From the NCBI GenBank assembly GCA_022819505.1, contig JAJEHD010000001.1, positions 9,366 to 73,365 on the forward strand: 64,000 nucleotides of DNA, given 5' to 3'. Numbering within the stretch: position 1 is the first letter of the stretch; every line of letters starts with the position of its first letter. Position numbers and translations under genes: made by a program. The notes beneath the pieces are model-generated. The model was not told the origin of the DNA and did not search any database. It saw only the letters and a list, made by a program, of their open reading frames with translations. The DNA is from Acidimicrobiia bacterium (GTDB taxonomy: Bacteria; Actinomycetota; Acidimicrobiia; Acidimicrobiales; Aldehydirespiratoraceae). Below, one piece after another: positions 9,853-18,481 of this stretch.

Positions 9853-10860
9853 TCAGAACTGGCTCAGGAAGCGAGTGTCGTTGTTGACGAACTCGCGGAT
9901 GTCGTCGATCTCGTGGCGCATGACCGCCAGACGGTCGATGCCGAAGCCGAAGGCGAAGCCCTGCCACTGTTCGGGGTCGATCCCGCAGTTGCGCAGCACG
10001 TTGGGATGGACCATCCCGCAGCCGCCGAGCTCCAACCACGACCCGTCCGGGCGGGAGATGTCGAACTCGGCCGACGGCTCGGTGAACGGGAAGTAGGACG
10101 GTCGCAGCCGGCTCTTGACCTCCCGGCCGAAGAACGCCCTCACGAACTCGTCGATGGTGCCCGCGAGGTCGCCCATGGTGATGTTGCGGTCCACGGCCAG
10201 CCCCTCGATCTGGTTGAAGGCCGGGAGGTGGGTGGCGTCGGCGGTGTCGGACCGGAAGGTGCGGCCCGGCGCGACGATGTAGACGGGCGGCTTCCGGCCC
10301 TCCATCACCCGGATCTGTACCGGGGAGGTGTGGGCGCGCAGCATCACCTCCTCGGGCTCGCCGAGGTCGACGAAGATGGTGTCGAAGCTGCTCCGGGCCG
10401 GATGCCAGTCGGGGATGTTCAGGGCCTCGAAGTTGTACCAGGCGCTCTCCACCTCGGGGCCCTCGGCCACGGTGTAGCCCATGCCCACGAACACGTCTTC
10501 GAGCCGGTCACGGGCCTGGGTCACGGGATGCAGGCGACCGCGGCGCAGCGGGACCGTCTGGGGAAGCCGCTCGGTGAGGTCCAGCCGCTCGGCGGCATGG
10601 CGGTCGTCCCGGTCAGCGGCCGCCAGACGCTCACGGGCCGCAGCGGCCGCGGCCTCCACCCGGGCGCGGGCCCCGTTCAGCCGGCGGCCGGCCTCGGCTC
10701 TGTCGCCGGGGTCGAGATCGCCGAGCCGGCGCTTGGCGTCGGCGAAGAGCGAGCGCCGCCCCAGCAGCTCCCGCTCGATGCCGGACACGGCACCGAGATC
10801 GGCGGCCGCGGCGAGGCGCTCCTCGGCGCGGGCGGCGGCCTGCTCGTAGCCCTCGATCAT
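9853..10860 (-). CDS. pheS: phenylalanine--tRNA ligase alpha subunit
   Basis: LRAHTSPVQ, YFPFTEPSAE and GFAFGFGIDR motifs. ATG 10860 lies 7 nt after a TAGCCT -10. Confidence 0.97.
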   Translation of the reverse strand: MIEGYEQAAARAEERLAAAADLGAVSGIERELLGRRSLFADAKRRLGDLDPGDRAEAGRRLNGARARVEAAAAAARERLAAADRDDRHAAERLDLTERLPQTVPLRRGRLHPVTQARDRLEDVFVGMGYTVAEGPEVESAWYNFEALNIPDWHPARSSFDTIFVDLGEPEEVMLRAHTSPVQIRVMEGRKPPVYIVAPGRTFRSDTADATHLPAFNQIEGLAVDRNITMGDLAGTIDEFVRAFFGREVKSRLRPSYFPFTEPSAEFDISRPDGSWLELGGCGMVHPNVLRNCGIDPEQWQGFAFGFGIDRLAVMRHEIDDIREFVNNDTRFLSQF

Positions 10861-10973
10861 CCGAGCAAGGCTAGAGCGCCCGCTTTGCCGCACCGCGCCA
10901 GGCGACGGGAGTTCCCACGGTGTGAAGCAGGAGCTTGGCTGTACATGATTTGACTATGATGTTAGAGATGAAT

Positions 10974-11002
10974 TTGACATGACACTTGGCGTTGATTAAT
11001 GT
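10974..11002 (+). promoter_or_regulatory. near-consensus primary-sigma promoter
   Basis: TTGACA (10974-10979), 17-nt spacer, TAATGT (10997-11002), in an AT-rich patch. Confidence 0.7.
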
Positions 11003-11137
11003 TGTATTCAGCCTCGCTGCCGGGCTCGGAGCGGCAGCCACTGAGTCTGAGAGCGCCATCCCTAGCGCCGCCCGACCCGAGCGAGGTTTCTCTTGACCGC
11101 ACCAGCCAAATCCACCGCGAGCGGGGTGGTGACCCCC

Positions 11138-11680
11138 ATGGACGAGACCGAAAGGAAGCCAGTGGCCGAGCCCTCCGACCCAGCCGTACCCGACGCCGGT
11201 GTCCGACCTCAGGAGCCGACCGCCACGCCACAACCTGACCAGGCGCCTCAGGCAGCCCCATCTCCTCCGTCCGCCTCCGATGCCCGGACCGAACCGGGCG
11301 CACGGCGCATCGACGCCGGCAACACGGCCCTGCTGATCGGGATCATCGTGGGACTCATCGGCTCGGTCAGCGTCCTCGTCGGCATCCCCGTGTTCCTCCT
11401 GAACGAGGAAGTCGACCGGGCCAGAGACGACATCGATGCCCTCGCTGAAGACGTGAACGCCAGATTCGCCCAGCAAGACAGCAAGATCGACGCCAGATTC
11501 GCCCAGCAAGACAACAAGATCGACGCCAGATTCGCCCAGCAAGACGCCAAGTTCGACGCCAAGTTCGAAGAACTGGCGAAGGGCCAGGCGGAGATCGACC
11601 GCAAGCTGACGGCGCTGATCGCATCGCTCGGCAAGACCGATGCCGTAGAGGCCGCCCTAGCGGGCGACATTCCGCCCTAG
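11138..11680 (+). CDS. hypothetical single-TM coiled-coil protein with 11-residue repeats (DUF1640/CCDC90-like architecture)
   Basis: Pro-rich N-terminus, hydrophobic segment ALLIGIIVGLIGSVSVLVGIPVFLL, three ARFAQQDxK(I/F)D repeats and GC-rich third codon positions. Start is ATG 11138 or TTG 11093. Confidence 0.75.
   Translation: MDETERKPVAEPSDPAVPDAGVRPQEPTATPQPDQAPQAAPSPPSASDARTEPGARRIDAGNTALLIGIIVGLIGSVSVLVGIPVFLLNEEVDRARDDIDALAEDVNARFAQQDSKIDARFAQQDNKIDARFAQQDAKFDAKFEELAKGQAEIDRKLTALIASLGKTDAVEAALAGDIPP
11457..11560 (+). repeat. 33-bp coding tandem repeat, ~3 copies
   Basis: ACGCCAGATTCGCCCAGCAAGACnnCAAGnTCG at 11457, 11490 and 11523. Confidence 0.95.
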
Positions 11681-12468
11681 CGGCGGTACTCGAAAGCGAG
11701 GAGGGTGGCGGCCATGGCGACGTTGAGGGACTCGGCGTCACCAGCCATCGGGATCCGGACCCGGCGATCCGCCCGTTCACGGAGCGCGAGTTCGAGACCG
11801 TGCGACTCCGACCCGAGCACCAGAGCCACCGGGCCGGTGCCCGCGGCCAGCACGCCCGAATCGTGGCACTCCCCGTCGTGGGGATCCGCGACCACGATGA
11901 CCGCACCCGCGGACCGGAGTGCTTCGAGGACGGTGATGGCGCCAGCCTCCTGCACCACCGGCACACGTAGCACCGACCCGGCGGAGGCCCGCACCGCCTT
12001 CGGTGCCCACGGGTCGGCACCGCCCACCACCACCACGCAGCAGGCCGCGCAGGCCTCGGCGGTGCGAATGATCGTCCCGGCGTTTCCGGGATCGGACACG
12101 TCGACGAGCACCAGCACGAGATCGTCCTGCGCCAGCGACTGCGGCAGGCAAGTCCGTGGCTTGCCGGCTAGCGCCAGCATCGGCTGGGGACTCACGGCGG
12201 GAGCCACCGACTCGAAGGCCCGGTCCGACAGGACAAGCATCTCCGCGCCGGATCTGAGACGGGCCAGCAACTCCTGAACCTTCGCGTCTTCGGCGGCGGA
12301 TTCGGCGACGGCCACGACCGAGGGCTCGATCCCGGCCGCCAGCGCCTCCGACAGGGTGCGCGCCCCTTCCAGCACTACCCGGGCATCGCCCGGGGATCGA
12401 CGGCGCACGAGGCGCCGGAACTCGGCTACCCGCTTGTGGCGCGGTCCGAGCGCTTGGGGTTCGGTCAG
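11677..12468 (-). CDS. TrmH/TsnR-family SPOUT rRNA methyltransferase
   Basis: [27 protein letters not shown] and ESLNVAMA motifs; follows rplT. Start is uncertain (CTG 12468 overlapping the rplT stop). Confidence 0.9.
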   Translation of the reverse strand: MTEPQALGPRHKRVAEFRRLVRRRSPGDARVVLEGARTLSEALAAGIEPSVVAVAESAAEDAKVQELLARLRSGAEMLVLSDRAFESVAPAVSPQPMLALAGKPRTCLPQSLAQDDLVLVLVDVSDPGNAGTIIRTAEACAACCVVVVGGADPWAPKAVRASAGSVLRVPVVQEAGAITVLEALRSAGAVIVVADPHDGECHDSGVLAAGTGPVALVLGSESHGLELALRERADRRVRIPMAGDAESLNVAMAATLLAFEYRR

Positions 12469-12839
12469 CTCGCCTGCGCCTGGGCCGCCGAGGCCTCGGA
12501 GGCGGTCTCGACCAAAGCTGAGAACGCGTCGGCATCGTTGACGGCCAGGTCGGCGAGGATCTTGCGGTCGACTTCGATTCCGGCCGCCTTCAGCCCGGCG
12601 ATGAAGCGGCTGTAGGAGGTTCCCCGCTGGCGGCACGCGGCGTTGATCCGCTGGATCCAGAGCCGGCGGAAGTCGTTCTTGCGGGCCCTGCGATCCCGGA
12701 ACGCGTAGTTGCCGGAGTGCATGAGCTGCTCGTTGGCGGACCGCCAGGACCGGGACTTGTTCCCGTAGTAGCCCTTGGCCCGCGACAGCACCGCTCGGCG
12801 GCGGCGCCTGGACTGGGCGGGGCGTGTCACTCTGGCCAT
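12465..12839 (-). CDS. rplT: 50S ribosomal protein L20
   Basis: [22 protein letters not shown] and DRKILADLA motifs. Confidence 0.99.
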   Translation of the reverse strand: MARVTRPAQSRRRRRAVLSRAKGYYGNKSRSWRSANEQLMHSGNYAFRDRRARKNDFRRLWIQRINAACRQRGTSYSRFIAGLKAAGIEVDRKILADLAVNDADAFSALVETASEASAAQAQAS

Positions 12840-12895
12840 CGTCTGGTCTCCTTGATGTGCTTCGGGCGCTCAGCCGAGCGTCTCGGGTGGCCCTG

Positions 12896-13087
12896 CTAGA
12901 TGCCCAGGTCCCGCAGCATCCGCTCGTCCGACGATGACACGTCGGCGGGAGCCCGGAGCTGGCGCTTGCGCTTGGGGGACTTCTTCTCGAGGATGTGATT
13001 CTTGTTGATCCGGCGGCGCCGAAGCTTGCCGGTGCCGGTCCGCCGGAAGCGCTTGGCCGCACCCCGGTGCGTCTTCATCTTGGGCAT
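12896..13087 (-). CDS. rpmI: 50S ribosomal protein L35
   Basis: [15 protein letters not shown]-terminus and NHILEKKS motif. Confidence 0.99.
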   Translation of the reverse strand: MPKMKTHRGAAKRFRRTGTGKLRRRRINKNHILEKKSPKRKRQLRAPADVSSSDERMLRDLGI

Positions 13088-13165
13088 GGCTGGCTCTCGA
13101 TCCTGTGGTGTCTGGCTTGCGGTTGCTGGTGCTCGCTGCGGTGTGCGTGCGAAGCGGTGCGGCTT

Positions 13166-13768
13166 CTACTCGGCGGCGCCGGGCTGGGGTGGCTCGGAGG
13201 CCGCCATGGCCGCCTCGGCCTCCAGCCTACGGCGGTGCCGAGCCTGAGCCTGCTTGTCAGGAGCGAGCACCATCACCATGTTGCGTCCGTCCTGGCGGGG
13301 CTGGAACTCAACCTTGCCGACGTGCTCCACGGTGGCGGCCACGTCGTCGAGGATCTTCTTGCCCAGTTCGGGATGCTGGACCTCCCTGCCCCGGAACATG
13401 ATCGTGACTTTGACCTTGTTGCCCTCGCCCAGGAACTTCTCGACCCTGCGGGTCTTGGTATCGAAGTCGCCCCGGCCGATCTTGGGCCGGTACTTCATCT
13501 CCTTGACCATCACGCTGGACGACTTGCGGCGGGATTCCTTGGCTCGCTGGGCCGCCTCGTACTTGAACTTGCCGTAGTCCATGATGCGGCAGACGGGCGG
13601 GTTGGCCGACTCCGCCACCTCGACGAGGTCACGTCCCGCGGCCCGGGCCAGATTCAGCGCCTCCTGAAGCGTCCTTATGCCGATCTGCTGACCATCCTCA
13701 CCGACGAGGCGCACCTCGGCGGCTCGGATCTGGTCGTTGATGTTGGGCTCTTCGCCTGGCGGTGCTAT
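13166..13768 (-). CDS. infC: translation initiation factor IF-3 (non-canonical ATA start)
   Basis: INDQIRAAEVRLVG, PPVCRIMDYGKFKY and TIMFRGRE motifs. A GAGGAG RBS precedes an in-frame ATA at 13768. Confidence 0.95.
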   Translation of the reverse strand: MAPPGEEPNINDQIRAAEVRLVGEDGQQIGIRTLQEALNLARAAGRDLVEVAESANPPVCRIMDYGKFKYEAAQRAKESRRKSSSVMVKEMKYRPKIGRGDFDTKTRRVEKFLGEGNKVKVTIMFRGREVQHPELGKKILDDVAATVEHVGKVEFQPRQDGRNMVMVLAPDKQAQARHRRRLEAEAAMAASEPPQPGAAE

Positions 13769-13925
13769 CGCCGTTCACTCCTCGTGAGCACGGAACCTCC
13801 GTATTCGGGCGGAACGCCCCGGCCGCGGCCGGGGCGCTGGTCCGCTGGATTGACCCCGGTAGGGTAGCAGCCGGTCACAGCAAGCGACCACGCCCCTGGC
13901 GAGCCGCCAACCTGGAGGTGTTCAT

Positions 13926-14408
13926 ATGAGCACGCTGTGGACACCCGGAGGCGAGGTGCCGGTCAGCGACCGTCCCTCCGATCCCGCTCCTGCCGCCACC
14001 GCGGAGGCGTCCGACCCTTCAGCACCCGAGGGCTTCGATCTCGACAGCCTCTCACCCGAGGAGCGCGAGCAGGCCGAGCAGTACATCCGGGAGCTGGCCG
14101 AGTCCCGGGAGCGGCTCAAGTCGGTGCCGGCGGGGGTGGTGGTGGCCAACCACGCCATGGGCCTCTATGAGCTGGCCGCCCTCCATCTGGCCAGCCAGCC
14201 GCCGAACTTCACCGAAGCCACGGTGGCCATCGACGCCCTCGGCGCGCTGCTCGACGGGATGAAGGGCCGGCTCGGCGAACCCGAGGCCACCCTGCGCGAG
14301 GCCATGTCGCAGATCCAGATGGCCTTCGTCCAGCTCAAGAACCGCCCCCAGGACCCGGAGGCAGCCGACACCGGCGACGACGGCTCAGAAGACGACCCCG
14401 CCGCCTGA
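13926..14408 (+). CDS. DUF1844-domain protein (divergent from infC, usual actinobacterial arrangement)
   Basis: MSTLWTPGGE, VVANHAMGLYELAALHL and AIDALGALL motifs; GGAGG RBS. Confidence 0.85.
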   Translation: MSTLWTPGGEVPVSDRPSDPAPAATAEASDPSAPEGFDLDSLSPEEREQAEQYIRELAESRERLKSVPAGVVVANHAMGLYELAALHLASQPPNFTEATVAIDALGALLDGMKGRLGEPEATLREAMSQIQMAFVQLKNRPQDPEAADTGDDGSEDDPAA

Positions 14409-14426
14409 GCCCGGCGGGACACTCCC

Positions 14427-15302
14427 CTAGGGGACGATCTTCGATATTGGCATCTCCACTATGTCGGTGGCGCCCAGGTCTCGCAGCGCGGGGATCAGGA
14501 TGTTGATCTCGTTGCGGGGCACGACCGTCTCCACCGCGTAGCCCGCGCCCCTGAAGAGTTCGTTGACGGTGGGAGCCTTCATGGCCGGCAGGATCTCGAT
14601 CACGTCGTCGAGGGCGTCGGCGCCCACGTTGAGCTTCACCAGCACCTTGCCCCGCGCCTCCAGCACGCCCTGGAGCAGCGTGAAGATCTGGCCCATGGCG
14701 TGCCGCTTGTCTGCGTCTGCTGCCGCCTCGGGGTTGGCGATCAACTCGGTGTAGGAGGTCAGCAGGGTGTCGATGATGCGCAGGCCAGCGGCCCGCAGAG
14801 CCCGGCCCGTCTCGGTGATCTCGACCACCGCGTCCACGATGTCGGGCACCTTGGCCTCGGTGGCCCCGTAGCTCAAAGCGATCTGGGCCTCGATGCCGGC
14901 GCTCTCGAAGAACCGGCGGGTCAGCCCCGGGTACTCGGTCGACACTCGAACGCCTTGCGGGAGGTTGGCAGTGCTCTGGTAGGGCGAGTCTCCGGCCACC
15001 GCCAGCACCACCCGGATCGGCAGCGACGTCGCCTTGGAGTACTGCAGCTCGCCGAGCGAGACCACCTCGCTGCCGGTCTCGGTCACCCAGTCCCGGCCGG
15101 TGATGCCTATGTCGAAGAGGCCGTCGGCGATGTAGACGGGGATCTCCTGGGGCCTCAGGATCCTCACGTCGCTGATGCGGGGATCGGCGATCGAGGCGCT
15201 GTAGGCCACGTCCGAGGATCGCCGCACGGGCAGGTCGGCAGCCTCGAACAGCTCGAGGGTGGCCTTCTCGAGCGATCCCTTGGGAAGTACGAGCTTGAGC
15301 AT
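14427..15302 (-). CDS. hisG: ATP phosphoribosyltransferase, long form
   Basis: LPKGSL, RPQEIP, DIGITGRDW and ETGRALRAAGL motifs; C-terminal regulatory domain. Confidence 0.97.
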   Translation of the reverse strand: MLKLVLPKGSLEKATLELFEAADLPVRRSSDVAYSASIADPRISDVRILRPQEIPVYIADGLFDIGITGRDWVTETGSEVVSLGELQYSKATSLPIRVVLAVAGDSPYQSTANLPQGVRVSTEYPGLTRRFFESAGIEAQIALSYGATEAKVPDIVDAVVEITETGRALRAAGLRIIDTLLTSYTELIANPEAAADADKRHAMGQIFTLLQGVLEARGKVLVKLNVGADALDDVIEILPAMKAPTVNELFRGAGYAVETVVPRNEINILIPALRDLGATDIVEMPISKIVP

Positions 15303-15345
15303 CGGCGTTCCTTAAGCCTCGCGAGCGCCAGCGACGGCGCTGAGG

Positions 15346-16443
15346 CTACCGGCGTGCGGCCCGGGCGCTGCCTGGGGAGCCTCCGGCGAAGACCGGCGAC
15401 ACAGCCACGTCGATGCGCACGTCGGGCCCGAGGCGCTCCACCGCGGTGATCGAGCCCCGCACGACGTCGGTTATGGACTCGGCTCCCGGTCCCGAGAGTA
15501 TGGGCGCCCCGTCGTCGCCGCCGAAGAGGGCGGGTGCCAGATAGACGACGAAGCTGTCTATGAGCCCGGCACGCACGAACGCGCCGGCCGCCGCCGGGCC
15601 GCCCTCGATGAGAGCCTGGGTGGCGCCGTCGGCGCCCAGCCGCACCACCAGGTCGTCGAGGGAGCCCTCCCATTGCAGGCACGGATGGATCCGAGCTCCC
15701 CTCACAGCCGACCCGACCACCACCCGTCGGGGCTGGACCACCGCCGTGGGCTCGCGGCCGTCGCTCCAGACCCGGCCCCCGGGCGGGGTCCAGTGGCGGA
15801 CGGTGAGGCTGGGGTTGTCGGCCCGCACCGTGCCTGCGCCCACGATCACCGCGTCGGAGACGGCCCGCAGACGGTGAGCGTCGGTGCGAGCCTCCAGGGA
15901 CGTGATCCACTGCGACGTGCCGTCGGGTGCCGCAGTGCGGCCGTCGATGCTGGCCGCGAGTTTGGCCACCATCCAGGGCCGGCCGGTGCGCCGGTGGTGC
16001 AGGTACGCCAGGAGCTGGCGCTCGACCTCGGCCTGCCGTACCCCGACCAGTACTTCGACGCCCTCCGATTGCAGCCTGGCCACGCCGGCGCCCGAGACCG
16101 CTGGGTCGGGGTCGAGCACGGCGATCACCACCCGGCGGATGCCGGCCTTGACGATCTCGTCGGTGCACGGGCCGGTTCGACCCTGGTGGTCGCACGGCTC
16201 GAGCGTGGTGACGAGGGTGGCGCCTCTGGCGGCCGGGCCCGCTGAGGTCAGTGCATGGCGCTCTGCGTGGGGACCGCCGGGCGGGCTGGTCGCCCCCGTG
16301 AAGGCGCTGCCGTTGGAGGCAATGACCAGGCAGCCGACCCAGGGATTGGGGCTGGTGAGGTGCCGGACCGTCAAAGCGGCCTCGATGGCCTTGTCCATGG
16401 CCCCCTCCCAGCGGCCGCCCGCTCGGCTCTTTGGCGCGGTCAC
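15346..16443 (-). CDS. ribD: riboflavin biosynthesis deaminase/reductase
   Basis: PNPWVGC, HAE, LEPCDHQGRTGPC, SIDGRTA, SQWITS and IEGG motifs. Start is GTG 16443 or ATG 16398. Confidence 0.95.
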   Translation of the reverse strand: MTAPKSRAGGRWEGAMDKAIEAALTVRHLTSPNPWVGCLVIASNGSAFTGATSPPGGPHAERHALTSAGPAARGATLVTTLEPCDHQGRTGPCTDEIVKAGIRRVVIAVLDPDPAVSGAGVARLQSEGVEVLVGVRQAEVERQLLAYLHHRRTGRPWMVAKLAASIDGRTAAPDGTSQWITSLEARTDAHRLRAVSDAVIVGAGTVRADNPSLTVRHWTPPGGRVWSDGREPTAVVQPRRVVVGSAVRGARIHPCLQWEGSLDDLVVRLGADGATQALIEGGPAAAGAFVRAGLIDSFVVYLAPALFGGDDGAPILSGPGAESITDVVRGSITAVERLGPDVRIDVAVSPVFAGGSPGSARAARR

Positions 16444-16498
16444 ATTGCGAGGTTGGACCGTCCACTCCGCTGGGGTCACGGGTTCGGGCGGGGCCGGC

Positions 16499-17026
16499 TC
16501 ACCCGCCGTGGGGGTGAGGGTCGTAGTTGTCGACGAGCAGCCGCACGGCATGGCCGACCACGTCGATGACGGCGTCGACCGTCTCCACACAGCCTTTCGA
16601 GGAGCCGGGGGTGTTCAGGACCAGCGCGGTGCCGAGCGTGCCGGCCACCGCGCGCGACAAGCGACCCAGGGGATTGACCAGGCGCATGGCCTCTGCCAGT
16701 CCCGGAGCCTCCCGATCGATCACGGCCCGGGTCCCCTCCGGCGTGGAGTCGCGGGGTCCGAACCCGGTGCCTCCGGTGGTGACGATCAGGCCGTGGAAGC
16801 CTTCGGCCAGCCGTCGCAGTTCGCCCGCCACCGAGTCCACGCCGTCAGCGATCGCGGATCGCTCCACCACCCGCCATCCGGCCCCTACGAGGTAGGCCTC
16901 CAGCACCTCGCCGCTGCGGTCCTCCCGGGTCCCTTGCACCACACCGTCCGACACGGTGAGCACCTTGGCCTCCAGCCCAGAATCACTGCCTTCGACTGGA
17001 TTGCCGGTGTGGTGGACGGTACTCAC
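16499..17026 (-). CDS. MogA/MoaB-family molybdopterin adenylyltransferase
   Basis: LTVSD, DRSG, TTGGTGFGPRDSTPE, LSRAVAG and NTPGS motifs. Confidence 0.92.
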   Translation of the reverse strand: MSTVHHTGNPVEGSDSGLEAKVLTVSDGVVQGTREDRSGEVLEAYLVGAGWRVVERSAIADGVDSVAGELRRLAEGFHGLIVTTGGTGFGPRDSTPEGTRAVIDREAPGLAEAMRLVNPLGRLSRAVAGTLGTALVLNTPGSSKGCVETVDAVIDVVGHAVRLLVDNYDPHPHGG

Positions 17027-17247
17027 TAGCGGACGCTGTGGCCCTTCATGGCTGCAGTCATGGGCTCGCCCTCGCAGTACCCGCAGGGCGTATAACCCCG
17101 CTTCTTGCCGTGCTCGAGTGACTCGAACACGACCAGCGACCTGAGAGGAACGGACTGAACCGCTTCACAATCGGGCGTGTGGATCTTCGTCTGATTGCGG
17201 CTGCCCACAAGGTAGCCATCGAATACGTCGTACACGGATACGGCCAT
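17026..17247 (-). CDS. small standalone Ada-metal-binding-like (Zn ribbon) protein
   Basis: GSRNQTKIHTPDC...VFESLEHGKKRGYTPCGYC pattern; GGAGG RBS; stop overlaps the moaB GTG start. Confidence 0.7.
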   Translation of the reverse strand: MAVSVYDVFDGYLVGSRNQTKIHTPDCEAVQSVPLRSLVVFESLEHGKKRGYTPCGYCEGEPMTAAMKGHSVR

Positions 17248-17320
17248 GGGCGATCCACCTCCGGACTGAACAATCGCTGTCAGGTCTAGGCACTCACCTT
17301 AGTTGGCGGCGTGCGGGTCC

Positions 17321-18481
17321 TCAGCGGCGGCACCATCGGAACAGGGCCATGCCGTCGTGACCGGCATCGGGGAGCAGCATGGCACCGTCGCCGTGGGCCA
17401 GCCACGGCTCCACCGACGGCTGCAGCACTTCGAGACGTTCGTCAGCGGATGCGGCAGCCGCCACCTCCAGCGTCTCGGCGGCTGTCAGCGTGCAGACGCT
17501 GTAAACCAGCTCGCCTCCGGGGCGCAGCAGGCCCACTGCCGCCTCCAGCAGCTCGCGCTGGAGGTCGGCCAGCCGGGACACGGCCGACGGCTCGACGCGC
17601 CAGCGGGCGTCGGGGCGGCGCCGGAGCGACCCCAGGCCGCTGCAAGGTGCGTCCACCAGTACGGCGTCGCAACAGCCGGGCTGCAGCGGAGGATGGCGGG
17701 CGTCGGCTGCCAGCAGCAGCATCTTCTCGGCGTCGAGGGCCGCCCGGTTGGCCTCCAGCAGACCGATGCGGCCCCTATGCGAATCGCAGGCGACCACACG
17801 GGCGCCCCGTGCGGCCAGGGCGGTGGCCTTGCCGCCCGGCGCGGCGCAGACATCGGCCACCAAGTCGCCGGGCTGCACGTCGATGGCGTCGACCACCATC
17901 TGCGAGCTCAGGTCCTGGACGTAGCCGTCGGCGCGGCGTTGGACGCGTGCCGGGGCGTTCATTGACTCCAGGCTCTCCAGCGCAGTGTCGCGGCCGAGGT
18001 CGGCGATGAGCGTCTCGACGATCCAGTCGGGGTAGCTGAGCCGGGTGGCGTCGTCGGGCCAGTCCCGAGGCCCGGCCTCGGCCACCCGCCGCAGCACCGC
18101 GTTGACCAGCCCCCGGTGGCTGCGGGGAGCCGCGGCCACAGTGGCTGACACCGCCGCGTACGCCGGGGTGTCCAGCTCGATCAACTGGTAGGCGCCGATG
18201 CGCAGCGCGGCCCGAGCCGGAGGCGGCGGGGGCGTGACCAGGAAGGGGTCGATCGCCCAGTCCAGTGCCCGCCGGCGGCGGGTCACGCCGTAGACGAGCT
18301 CGGTGGCGAAGGCCCGGTCGCGTTCAGCCAGACGGGACTCGGCCAGTGCGGCCGGCAGGGCGACGTTGGCGTAGGCGCCGCCGGTGTCGATGCGGACGAG
18401 CACATCCAGCGCCAGCCGTCGGGCACTCGGCCCCGCTCCCCCGCGGCCGGAGGCGCCGGACCGGCGAGTGCGCCGGCTCAC
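17321..18481 (-). CDS. rsmB: RsmB/Sun 16S rRNA m5C methyltransferase (NusB domain plus MTase)
   Basis: ELVYGVTR, DVCAAPGGKA, DAPCSGLG and YSVCT motifs. Confidence 0.9.
   Translation of the reverse strand: MSRRTRRSGASGRGGAGPSARRLALDVLVRIDTGGAYANVALPAALAESRLAERDRAFATELVYGVTRRRRALDWAIDPFLVTPPPPPARAALRIGAYQLIELDTPAYAAVSATVAAAPRSHRGLVNAVLRRVAEAGPRDWPDDATRLSYPDWIVETLIADLGRDTALESLESMNAPARVQRRADGYVQDLSSQMVVDAIDVQPGDLVADVCAAPGGKATALAARGARVVACDSHRGRIGLLEANRAALDAEKMLLLAADARHPPLQPGCCDAVLVDAPCSGLGSLRRRPDARWRVEPSAVSRLADLQRELLEAAVGLLRPGGELVYSVCTLTAAETLEVAAAASADERLEVLQPSVEPWLAHGDGAMLLPDAGHDGMALFRWCRR

Noticed and set aside
197-9887. Long plus-strand ORFs (197..1831, 4897..6738, 7920..9887 and similar ones throughout the window)
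   Set aside because: They are antisense shadows of well-identified genes, expected in high-GC DNA, and carry no motifs.
10937-11013. MITE suggested by GGCTG...CAGCC ends
   Set aside because: The inverted ends are too short and there is no target duplication. A promoter explains the AT richness.
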